Source of the DNA: Octopus bimaculoides
Lineage: Eukaryota
Length of the DNA: 64,000 nt
Reading direction: 5' to 3'
Assembly: GCF_001194135.2 (NCBI RefSeq)
Contig: NC_068998.1
Location: 39,743,085 to 39,807,084 of the forward strand
Shown here: positions 37,861-48,740 of the stretch, piece after piece
Layout: every line of letters begins with the position of its first letter
How positions within the stretch are numbered: position 1 is the stretch's first letter
Notes under the pieces: model-generated
Databases searched by the model: none
Seen by the model: only the letters and a program-made list of their open reading frames with translations
What the model was told of the DNA's origin: nothing
Program-made: the position numbers and the translations under genes

Positions 37861-38048
37861 CTGAAAATAATAATAAAAGTAATCAAGCTTGTAAAGAAAT
37901 GTTATCCAATTAGTTAAATTATATTTCAGTCAATATGTGAATATATATCTCAACATGTCGTAACCTTGACTACAGAGAGAGACAAAAGATAAAGTTAATC
38001 TTAACAGGATTTGAACTGAAAATGTAATGATCTGGAGCAAAAACTGCT

Positions 38049-38263
38049 TTAACCCTTCAGCATTTAAACTGGCCCTATCTGGCCAAAACATTTTATCTGC
38101 TTTATGTTCAAATCAACTAGATGTGTCCTCTCATACCTACACTATGGTCTTATTCTAAAAATAAACAATCACATCATTAAAATCTCAAAGCTATGAGATA
38201 ATGCATGATTAATTCAAAACAATGTGAATAAAGAAGCATTACTTCTGAATGCTAAAGGGTAAA
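38049..38263. mobile_element. piggyBac-type MITE in intron 2 of the Ly6 gene
   Basis: TTAA-CCCTTCAGCATT ... AATGCTAAAGGG-TAAA. A partial copy of a similar end (AAATGCTAATGGGTTAA) lies at 13640-13737. Confidence 0.65.
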
Positions 38264-38373
38264 TCATTCACCAGGATACCAGGAATGAAATTCTGGGAGA
38301 GAAAGTTGATTAAATGAACTTCAGAACTTGATCCTGAAGAGATAAGTGGGATTTGGACTCCCAATATAAGTTA

Positions 38374-39633
38374 TTAGGTTGTCCAGAAAGTTCTGAGCGT
38401 TTTTGAGCTAAATCTTTTAACTCTTCATTGAACACACCTGAAATATAACAGTTAAAACATTAGTGTTGCTTGAAGTGGTAGTGCATCTCTTCTTTGTTCC
38501 TGATTAAAAATTGATTTATCTTTCATTCCGGTTACCCTTTATTGACATTTGAAATGGATAACCAAAAACTTCATATTCGCTTTGTAATGCTTTTCTTTTT
38601 TAAAAAAGGAGAAAATACTGCAAAGGCTTGCAAAACCATTTGTGAAGTTTATGGTGGTAGTGCTGTAGGTGAATCAACTGTTCAAAGATGGTATGTAAAA
38701 TTTTAAGCTGTAGAGTTTAGCTTGGAAGATGACAGTCACAGAGGAAGACCTTCAAAATTGGATGAAGATGTTTTGAAGGCAAAAATCGAAGAAAACTCAA
38801 ATGTCATGACTAAAGAACTTACAAAAGAGTTGAAGGTTTCTAAAAATGCAGCTCATGAACACCTAGTGAAGCTAGGATACATTTCTTGCTATAATGTATG
38901 GGTCCCTCAAACTCAGAAAAGAATTGCTTGGACTGGTTTTCCATTTATGATATGCTTTTGAAACAGAATGCAAGCATGCCTTTTTTGAAACAATTTGTGA
39001 CTGAAAATGAAAAATGGATTGTGTACAAAAACGTAGGGTAAAAAAGATCCTGGAGTTTGTGTAAGGATCCCCCAAAACAGCAACCAAAGATGAAAAGCCA
39101 TGCTTTGTGTCTGGTGGGATTATAAAGGCATTATTTATTATGAGCTCTCACAAAACCAGACCATTAATTCTGACGTGAACTGTCATCAGCTGACTAATTT
39201 GAACTAAAAAATCAAAGAATTGAGGCCAGAGATTGCCAACGGGAAAGGGGTAGTGTTCCAACAAGACAATGCCTGACCACATGTCTTTGGCTACCCAAAT
39301 AAAGTTACATGAACTTGGTTGGGATCTCTTACCCCATCTACCATATTCTCCTGATATTGCACCATTCAACTACCACTTATTTTTGTCTCTACAGAACTCA
39401 CTGCAAGGAAAAACATTTAATTATTTAGATGGAGTCAAAATGCATCTAGATAACTTTTTTCTTCAAAACCAGTCAAATTTTATGCTGATGGAATATTTAG
39501 ATTGCCTTATAGATGGACAAACGTCATTAATAATAATGGAAATTATTTCATTAAATAAAATTTATTGAAAGGTCAATTATTTACATCCCTTTTTGCATAT
39601 TAAAAAATGCTCAAAACTTTCTTTGAAACCTAA
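38374..39633 (+). mobile_element. Full-length inactivated mariner (DD34D type) in intron 2 of the Ly6 gene
   Basis: TIRs TTAGGTTGTCCAGAAAGTTCTGAGC / GCTCAAAACTTTCTTTGAAACCTAA, TA TSD. Transposase from ATG 38554 with GRP, WVP, LCVWWD, QQDNA and YSPDIAP motifs, broken by stops and frameshifts. Confidence 0.92.
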
Positions 39634-40286
39634 TACAACAACTGCAAGGCATTTTGCCCAATACTCTAACAATTTTGCCACTCCTCTTCCACAAACAGAT
39701 TGATCTAAGAATGCTATCAAAAAGAAACAAAAAAAAAAGCACCAAAACAAAAAAATGTATCATTATCATCATCATCATCTTAATGTAGGTATAGACCTAG
39801 CCATGTGATTAAAAAATTGGTTTCACAATCACTTGATCCTACTGTATAAGATACCTTATGTGTCTTATACCATAACATTGAATCAACTATATAATATTGC
39901 TTACAATATTGATATGGGAAGACAGAAACTGGAAAGACTTGCTTGTCAGTTAATTGGCTATGACCATTTGAGCATGTCCTTTAATGGCTGACAATTTCTG
40001 CATCTCTGATCATGAGCAGGAGTAGTGGGGGAGCATCAAAGCAATGTATTGAGAAGGATTCTTTGGGGTTCGAATAAATGTAACAAAAGCAGAGTTTGAA
40101 GGAAATATTAGCCATTTTTCATACTTTCTAGGGGTAAGCAAATAGAAAATAACAGTTGCTACCCAAGGACAAAAATCGTATTTGTGTATTGCTTAATATC
40201 CACTCTGAAATAAATGGAGTCTGTCCACACACCAGAAAGAAAAGAGAATAATATATGAAACTTAGAAAAGATCTTCAATGTCTTAC

Positions 40287-40403
40287 CACTATAATCCACT
40301 GTTGTTTGACATTTATTGCAGCCAGAGACAACACTGTACTTGTCAATGGTGAAGTTTAGCAAATATGAACAACGGTGACACGCATAACAATTGATGTTGA
40401 CCA
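40287..40403 (-). CDS. Ly6/uPAR three-finger gene, exon 2
   Basis: Acceptor TTCTTCCTATATTTCAG; 117-nt phase 1-1 exon encoding (L)VNINCYACHRCSYLLNFTIDKYSVVSGCNKCQTTVDYS; donor G|GTAAGA at 40286. Confidence 0.85.
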
Positions 40404-40842
40404 CTGAAATATAGGAAGAAACATGAGAATGATCAGGCAATGTAGAGTATTGGATATAGATTCAGTGACACTATCTATTCATGTCAGGAAAAAATACTAG
40501 GTAACTTTGAATGTATTTCAACATTATTCTGACCTCATCATTAAAGTATAGTCTTCTCCATACTTGCTACAAAAAAGTGATGAATGAATTTAATATTAGG
40601 AAACTAGAAATTTATTATGTTGTGAAGCAAAAAATAAAACTTATTAATCAATAACTAATAGTTTTCTGTTTATGAAGTTTTAAATATGGGAAGACATCTC
40701 TCGAACTTTTTCTGGCCCCCCATTGAAGTAAATCACCAACCCAGTATTTTCCATGGTAGTTACCAAAGAATCACTATATAAATACAATTATACATTTATT
40801 TATGTGTAGGAAAAATATGATCATTTGGAGGTTAAAACTCAC

Positions 40843-40882
40843 AAACACTAGCCACTATACAAGAAAATAATAGCTTAGTCAT
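40843..40882 (-). CDS. Ly6/uPAR three-finger gene, exon 1 (signal peptide)
   Basis: ATG at 40882 gives MTKLLFSCIVASV plus one base (T), then a GTGAGT donor at 40842. The phase-1 junction makes TTG (Leu) with exon 2. An upstream in-frame ATG at 40921 is also possible. Confidence 0.65.
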
Positions 40883-42032
40883 AATATAATTAATGCATGG
40901 AGCATAAAAAAAAATAAACATGGTGGAAAAAATTTTCATTAGCCCTTTTGATGCTAACACATCTGAGACTACTGGTTCTTTGATACAAACTTCTTGTTTT
41001 AAAAAGCATTTAATTAAAACATTCCATCAAATTTTCATTTCATGTTCCAAACACCAGTTTAATAAAGACAAACTAAAGTCTTAATTATTTTCAAAATTAA
41101 TTCAAACTAAGGCAATGTAATTCAGCTGAAATATGGTAATAACTGTGTTAATCAATGTCAGGTTTTATTTTCATAGTTCCAGCAAATACAGAAGTATCTA
41201 GACATGTTTTGGACTTATACTGACCTCTGCAGAGAAATGCAGCTAAAAATCTAATATATATCTATAAAATAAAACTTGAAATTTTAAAAGAATTGCATGA
41301 TGTGCCTCAGTAAATATATGTGCAGTATCTGTTTTATTATTTTTCTAATTAAACTCCAATATAATCATAATCTACACCGTCTGAAAGGTATTTGTAGAAA
41401 ATTTCATGACCAAATACCAATTTTTCTGAAAGTTATGAGGAAACAAATTCAACTCGTGTGAATTATCTGAAACTCTCACCTACCTACCCTAGGGAAAAAA
41501 TTTCACAACAAATTCTGATATAATTGGAATTCACACCATATGAAAGGTATTTGTAGAAAATTTAATTATAAAACACCAATTTTTCTGAAAGACGTGAGGA
41601 AGCAAAGTTAAAGGATACACTCGTGTAGCTATGTCGAAAATAGGATATCATTTTGAAGGAATTTAGTAATTATTTCTAACAGGTCAAATAGTCGCTGAAA
41701 GACTCTTGCATGCCAGCAAAATTAGCCGACACTTGGAAGTCCTAATCAACGTTTCTTTTGTAAAAATTAGTAAATACTGCTAAATTAGTAAACACTGCTA
41801 AAAAAAGGATTGAATAATCCTTTAAGTTTAATGTTAAGATTGTTTTTTGTATGCAATTTGACATAAAATCAGACACTTATATAATATATATTATACAAGA
41901 ATTTTATTCGAACGAATTAATATTAGTATTTCTTTTTCTTAAGCTTTTGACGAATTGCTAAGTTACGGGGACATAAGCACACCAATACCGATTTTCAAGA
42001 GGCAGTGGGATACACGTGTGTGTGTGTGTGTA

Positions 42033-42935
42033 TAGGTGAGGGGGTAAAATGGGGTGTTTTTATGTATTTTTGACTTTGAGACAAAATATATTTTTTTACA
42101 AATGTTCACTACCTTACAAAAACTATATCAGCTAAGCAAATGACCTTCTCTAAATGCATTAAAAATACTGTCACACATTCAGAGCATTATTTCAGAAAAC
42201 TGTCAGTTCCCTTTGAGAATATAAAAGACAAATTTAGCTGGGGTAAAATGAGTAGACCAAGATAAGGTAAATTTTTGCCTCTTCAATTCTCCAGAATTAC
42301 ATTTGGAAACAGACTCTTGTACAACACTGTCCATCAGAATGATGAGAATTGTAACAAAAAATTTAAATATCCAGGTCAAATGACAGAGGATCATGGTAAA
42401 ACAGCACATGATACGAAATTAACAAGAATCAGCTAAATCAGAAAAGTCAAAATATTCTCTATGGTTTCTTCACTAACTGCTGGAATAGCTGTTCCCGACA
42501 TATTTACGAACCATGAAGAGAAACAATTATTTAAAATAGTCATTACTCATTTTACCCCATTTTAGACATTTTTTTTCTTTAAAAAAATAAATTGAAAATT
42601 ATGAAATTAGGCATTAGGGGGGTGGGGACAAATGACTTAGAATCCAACAGAGAAAAGAATATTGATTGTTAAATACCAAAAATTATCCAGATATTTTGTT
42701 AGTAACCTCAATTACGATTGGGTCAAAGCTGAAAAAAATTTCTTGAAAAAAAAAAAGTACCTGTCACCTGACTATGTTCCAAATTCTCTCAGCTTTAACA
42801 ATAACAACTGTGCTGACTAATTTTTACTCGTAAAGATGATGCAGCAGTACAAAGTTATGATGCAGGACTTGCAATTTCAAACAGGTAAGGAGAAAATAAC
42901 GAAATCAGAAATTACTCATTTTACCCCGCTTACTA
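42033..42935. mobile_element. Putative DNA transposon remnant with terminal and internal copies of GGGGTAAAATG(AGTA)
   Basis: Forward copies at about 42041 and 42240; reverse copies TACTCATTTTACCCC at 42544 and 42913. Family not assignable with certainty (pogo-like possible). Confidence 0.5.
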
Positions 42936-43450
42936 ATTTTGCACCCCCTTCGATTTATTATACATACACGCACACATATATATACAAATAATTATATATT
43001 AGATATATAATATGATACATATTATATATAAATAATATATATTAAGTATAAAGAGAGAGAATGATTGCTATGCGTGCATAGGACTGTGTATATATTATAC
43101 GCACCATAATTTATTTTACTGTAAAGAAAACAGGAGATAATAAAAAATCTAACAAAAGCAGCCATATAAACAGTATAAAAGAAAAAAATTCCAAACACTA
43201 GGATTTCCGGTGGTTACTGTTTCATTCGTTATTTATGTTGCTGTAAGCTGCAGTCTTGTAATAGTTCCGTGATATTTTATGGTTAACTTACTCTATATCG
43301 TTTATTTTTAATTAAGCGCTATATACCTTAATTGCCATGACAATTATCTAACTTCCGGCCAGGTGAATCAATGTTTTTTACCTTACTGATCTGATTATAA
43401 ACAATACCAACAACAACTCAGTTTTCATCGACCTTATTCAAGTTTATGCT

Positions 43451-43489
<39 letters not shown>

Positions 43490-43491
<2 letters not shown>

Positions 43492-43735
43492 TAATCTTCA
43501 AGTTTAGGGGGATAAAAAAATAAATAAAAATATTCAAGGGAAATAACTGAACGACTTACCAGTATTATCCGTTTTCTTCTAGCTGTTTATAAATAAATCA
43601 CACCCTAACGTCAATCAAATCACGTGTGTGATTTATTTATAAACAGAGATGTACGGAGAATACTGGTAAGACGTTCAGTTACTTCCCTTGAATATTTTTA
43701 TTTATTTTTTTATCCCCCTAAACTTGAAGATTACC
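43490..43735. mobile_element. Fold-back MITE, about 110-bp arms, inserted in a (TA)n tract
   Basis: GGTAATCTTCAAGTTTAGGGGGATAAAAAAATAAATAAAAATATTCAAGGGAA... is near-perfectly complementary to the right arm ending ...CCCCCTAAACTTGAAGATTACC; TA repeats on both sides. Confidence 0.88.
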
Positions 43736-43772
<37 letters not shown>

Positions 43773-46484
43773 ATACACATATAAAGAGAGCGAGGGGGCA
43801 GTGGGGTTGCCATACGGTTCCGTTTTGAAGGGTCTGCTGCTGTGTACCATCCGGTTAGTATATTTGTCCCGCTTGGTACTGAAATGTCTCGATAATGAAT
43901 GAAAGACTTACGTTCTTTCAGAGATAGGGGCTGACTGGGACACTGCTCAGAGGGTTTCCCAGAGCGACCCGAGTAAAAACGGACAAATGATATGTGCAAG
44001 GACACGCTGCAACCGATGGTAAGTCAGGTTAGATATTGGGACCCATACTCTCGTATGTGACCAGACTCGACTCACCTTATTTGTTTTAAATAATGAGTAG
44101 TCACCTAAGCATGTTCTAGCATTTTGTTTTGAAGATCAGAGTTTTATTATAGGAGAGAAATGGACGCACATTGCGCATCAGGAAAATTATTATAAAAGTT
44201 CTTCAAACAAGTATCTATACCTATGATACCTCCATAATTTGAAGGTTGTCCCCATTTGATACTTAGACATTATGGCAACCCTCTCTCTCTCTCTCTCCCC
44301 CCCCCTCTTTCTGTGATGCATGTACGTATTCATGCAACTGTGACGATTATATGTAGCAATGATTAACATGAGAGAAACAATAATTGATATGGCCTTTATT
44401 TTATCGTTACAGTACAGGAATCGTCTTCTTCGAGTTGTTGTACAAGGATAGGTTAAAATCCTACGGTTCATTTTGTAGGTTGTTAAGCTTATCTGTAAGT
44501 GATCGCTAGAAGATGGATGGAAGAAGGAGAGGGAAAGTAAGAGAATTTACCTCTCTGCATTGACAAGTTGAGAGGGTGACAATTGTGTAGTCCTGTCGTG
44601 ACGAGTCATTACTGAAATGTTCCTTTGGGTAAGCACCAAGCGAAAGAGGTGGTATTAAGTTTGGGTACTGTATTTATACATGTTGGAAAGCTGGATGTAG
44701 GTTACAGAACAATGGAAAGTAATGAATTTATCTCTATTGACTTGGATTTAACCCAAGAATGTTCACTTGAACAATAGAACTTAACTGTGATAGTCGAACC
44801 TCATGAATTTGTAAGTGTTAACGCCGAGAACAATAGGAAGGAACTCGTAGAAAAATCTAGGCTAGGTTTCGAAACTCGGCTAAGAATCTACGAAGCTATT
44901 CGCTACATGGTTACCAAACGATTTCACTTCAGAAGACGGATGATTGGATGGTGCAGAAGATCTAAATTGTTTAGGTAGGCTTAGATAGAGTATGCAGTTA
45001 AATGTTTCAAAGAAACAGACAACATTACAGCAGTGATTATAAGTAGAAAATGGAAACAGGATTTTCTGTATTGATGAATAAATAATTGCTTATCATTCGA
45101 ATATCTTCGTTTTGAATGTTGTCTAGGATGTGAATATGTGTATGGGCATCAATAGCATTGTGCCAGATATGATGTTCAATGGGAAAATATGAATATTTCC
45201 AATAAATTAGACTTTCTACGTTTGTTACGAAAATACTTTAATATCATTTTTAGAGTATGAACTATTTTTTTTTTACATCCTTTCTGGTAGTAGGTAATTT
45301 GAAGACAACATTTAAAAGCTGCTAACGAAATGTTAAACTATTTGTAAAAAACATTTTTTCAAATGGAAAGTAATCATTAAAAAATATTGTTTTATTGACT
45401 TTCTCACGAAATACCTTAATATCAATAATTATATTACCATCTATACCTCAATCTATCGATTTCTTATAACGTCGTTTATCATACATTTGTAGAAACGACA
45501 GGAGGGAAATAGCAAGATAGCTACGGCTTTATTGTTTCTGCTTGCAGTATATTTGATTTGAGACTGTGCTATTAACCAACACTGTTGTATCATCGTAAAA
45601 GTAATTTCCATGATTTAAAATACACAAATAAGCTATTACTGCCGTCATTATTACTTTTCCAATTGACTTAAACTTGCAAAGTACCTTCATTGTTAAACCA
45701 TTGCAATTCTTTATCTTGCTGCGTTTGGTTTCCTTCTCCCCATATTTTTTTTCCTTTTTCAATTTTGTGTTCTTTTGTTCTCTTGTTCGTATTCTACATG
45801 TTCTGAATGTTGCATATAAATGGCAATTTGTGTTATTATATTTCACTACGTATCTTTTTTTCACTTCCAAAAGCACCTATTACTACGAGGATTATTATTT
45901 TTTTTTTCTATTATCACTCTTCTTATTTTACATGTCCTATATTTCTTGGTCGCTATATTTCAACAGTTTTTCCATTTCTGGATATATCGATCTGTTCAGT
46001 TTCGCTCACAGACGTTTTAATAATAATTTTTTTTTTAACTAGACACTTTGAAACTTCGTATGCTGGTGCAATTTCTCATGCTCAACATAATTTACTTTCA
46101 ACATTTTTGACAAAATTTCGTATTTTAGAAGTTATTTCGTGTTGAAGTTGTCGTATTTGGGTAATTTTTAACCAATCAACGACGTGTATTCAGTTGAAGA
46201 AAGCCACAGCTGTTTCCCATAGTAATCGAAGAGCAACAACTTCCGTGTCTTCTCGACTAAAGGTCATCACTCTGTTCTATTTTATTTTTGTTTACTGCCT
46301 GTGTTGCACATTACACACTTTTTTTTTCGGTTCCCGCGTCGGAATAACCAGTAAACATCGAAGGATCAACGCCAAGAAGAAAGAAATATTATTAACATAT
46401 ATGTATTCGTTTGCCCGACATGTAGTGCTCTGGCTGCGTATAAATGGTGTCGAAAGGATGAAATGGACTTTTTCTTTCAATTTT

Positions 46485-46815
46485 TATTTTTACTTGTTTC
46501 AGTTATTAGACTGCGGCCATGCTGGGGTACTGCGTTGAAGAATTTTTAGTCGAAATAATTGACCCCAGTACTTATTTTTGCTAAGCCTTGTACTTACCCT
46601 GTCTCTTCTCTTATGCCAAACCGCTAGTTTTACGGGGACGTAAACACACCAATACCGGTTGTCAAGTGGTAGTGGGGGACAAACACACACATGCGACCGG
46701 CTTCTTTCAGTTTCCGTCTGCTAAATCCACTCACAAGGCTTTGTTTAGCCCGTGGCTCCAGTAGAAGACACTCGTCCAAGGTATCACACGGCGGAACTGA
46801 GCTCGGAACCACACA
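46485..46815 (-). mobile_element. SINE family B copy
   Basis: TTTTACTTGTTTCAG...CTGCGGCCATGCTGG...CAGTTTCCGTCTGCTAAATCCACTCACAAGGCTTTG. Confidence 0.82.
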
Positions 46816-47180
46816 GCCATGCCTGCGTCTGCGTGTAAATGACGAGCAACACTTTGCGAACTATTAACAGAAACTTTATTCACCGCACAAAACATTTTCC
46901 ATGTTGGTCAGGAATTAATAAGACAACAAAACATACACACTGGAAAAGACAATTCTATAAAGTTTGTTAAAAGGCTCTGTGAATTCGCAGCCAAGACTGT
47001 AGATAAATTATACAAAATTCTTGACTGTAATACTGTCACATGTGCGCGCGCGTTGAATGAGAAGTTAAAACAATTTTCATAGCGGCGATTCCCCGCACTT
47101 TTCGACAAGAGGTGAAATGAATCGGCCGGATTTAGTTTGTAGCAAGACTAGAAACTGTTATAATCCTTTTAATGTTGGCC

Positions 47181-47770
47181 TGTTATTACGCCCACTTCGG
47201 TATACAGTATACTTAGTAAAACCAGTAAAGACACGACTATCTCTGACCGCCTACTATGTACTTTGGTACTTCTTTTTACTTATAGTGACTATGTTATTCC
47301 ATTCGTCACGTGGGAGGAGTGCACCATTATTACTAATTCCCTACAACATCTCCCTTTTAAAGTTGTTCCTAGGAAGAATCATTCTGTTTAGCAATAATTT
47401 TTTTATTCACTCCACTTCCCTTTTTGAGTATTTTTCGCGCTTGGAATCTATTTTCAGGAACTCTGTATGTTTTCTTTTCTTCTCACTTGTACGCCTGGGT
47501 TCAATCACCTGCAGTGGCGTTGGTACTTGGAACGTATCGTACAACCATTCCATCGGTCTCTCCAACTTCTTTGGTTCGCTCTCCACGAATCTCTTTTTCA
47601 GTTGGTTCCTGTGTCTCTTTTGTATACATTTTCTACTTTTTACCTAATACATCATTTTACCTATGCATTTGTTAATTACGCCATCTTCCCAACTCTGCTT
47701 TCCATTCTTGTATGTCCTCATAGATACCTTTTCATCAACTTTTAAAAATCTTGCTGTCTTTTTTCTTCTT
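47181..47770 (-). mobile_element. Gypsy/Ty3 LTR-retrotransposon 3' remnant: integrase tail, PPT and a putative 168-bp 3' LTR
   Basis: Minus strand FLKVDEKVSMRTYKNGKQSWEDGVINKCIGKMMY*VKSRKCIQKRHRNQLKKRF (W..G.I....G...Y.V...RHxNQL pattern). PPT AAAAGGGGAGA at 47359-47349 abuts TGTTG at 47348; candidate LTR end TAACA at 47181. Confidence 0.7.
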
Positions 47771-47814
47771 TTTTTTTTTGTAACTCAATGGACTGCTTTA
47801 GTTTTTCCATACAT

Positions 47815-48050
47815 ATTCCTTTGATTCACCTGGATACGTCATCAATGGTGTTTCTTGGGGTCATTAGGTGTTTTTGGTCTTTCAACATCAGACATCCACA
47901 CCCTGGTGAACCATCTTGTGTCCAGTTAACATCACACCTGGTAATGCTGCCTCTTTCAGGGCTTGCACCTTCTGATTTACAGCCACTATCATGCAGTTTC
48001 CGCTGCCTCCACAGTCAACCCGATAATCTTCTGACTACTGAACCCTTGTT
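47815..48050 (-). mobile_element. Decayed 3' end of a HERO-like non-LTR retrotransposon
   Basis: VEAAETA**WL*IRR resembles the EAAExASxWLWxxR C-terminus. It is followed by GGGTGTGGATGTCTGATGTTGAAAGACCAAAAACACCTAATGACCCC, similar to the 3' UTR I recall for these elements. Confidence 0.45.
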
Positions 48051-48479
48051 CAGGGTCATGTAAGCTTATGATTAAAGGCATTCCAGTCGTGACATCCTAT
48101 CATTTTGGGGCTTTCTAGGATATTTCCCAATGAGTTCTCTCGTTTTTAAAGATTCTTAGGTGAGTTGAGAGAGATTTGTGGGCTATTGCAGACAAGTGGG
48201 GAGTATATTGTTTTTGTTGGTGATTTTATAGTTTTAAAATATCTTCTCTGTTTCAGCTGGAAATAAAAGAAACAACAAGCCTTGGATATATTAGCGAGAA
48301 AAAAAAAAGCTAATATGTACAAGGCTTGTTTTCTGCCTATATTACAACGTTCTCTGAATATTCCATCTCGCTCGAAGGACCCAGTTCACAATTCTAACAG
48401 AACTCTCTTGAACTTTTTCTCTGCCCATGTTTTTACGTTCAACCACCGCTTACTAACAATTCCAATCTAGCATTAACCA

Positions 48480-48677
48480 TGCTAGCATCCTCACTCCGAT
48501 TTCCTATTTAAAGTGGAAAAAAAAACCTTGGTATAGTGACACTAGAAAAGCAATATAAAGCCGAAGTTGTCGCCATGCAAAGTTTCAATAGAATTATCTC
48601 CCTTAGAATCGACTACTCTTTTACGTTGTGAATCACGTTCGCTATGCTAAGTGCAGTTGGCCATCACAGTGAAAAAC
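48480..48677 (+). promoter_or_regulatory. Probable promoter / 5' UTR of the TMEM9-family gene
   Basis: CpG-containing unique sequence just upstream of the signal-peptide exon, with a YY1-like CGCCAT near 48571. Confidence 0.4.
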
Positions 48678-48740
48678 ATGAATAGTTTAACGAGGCTATT
48701 TTATATCTGTCTTTTCACAGTTTTTGTAACAGTCGTAACT
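48678..48740 (+). CDS. TMEM9: TMEM9-family exon 1 (signal peptide, 21 codons)
   Basis: AACATG start; MNSLTRLFYICLFTVFVTVVT; phase-0 donor ACT|GTAAGT at 48741; joins in frame to AQYEDYRC. Confidence 0.8.

Noticed and set aside
43790-44060. GC-rich block possibly an RTE LINE 3' end
   Set aside because: Only a vague resemblance (IGADWDTAQR); too degraded to call.
45529-45876. Minus-strand ORF with a hydrophobic stretch (MKVLCKFKSIGKVIMTAVIAYLCILNHG...) as an alternative Ly6 signal exon or membrane protein
   Set aside because: No convincing phase-1 donor after the hydrophobic segment and no recognisable domain; the exon at 40843-40882 fits better.
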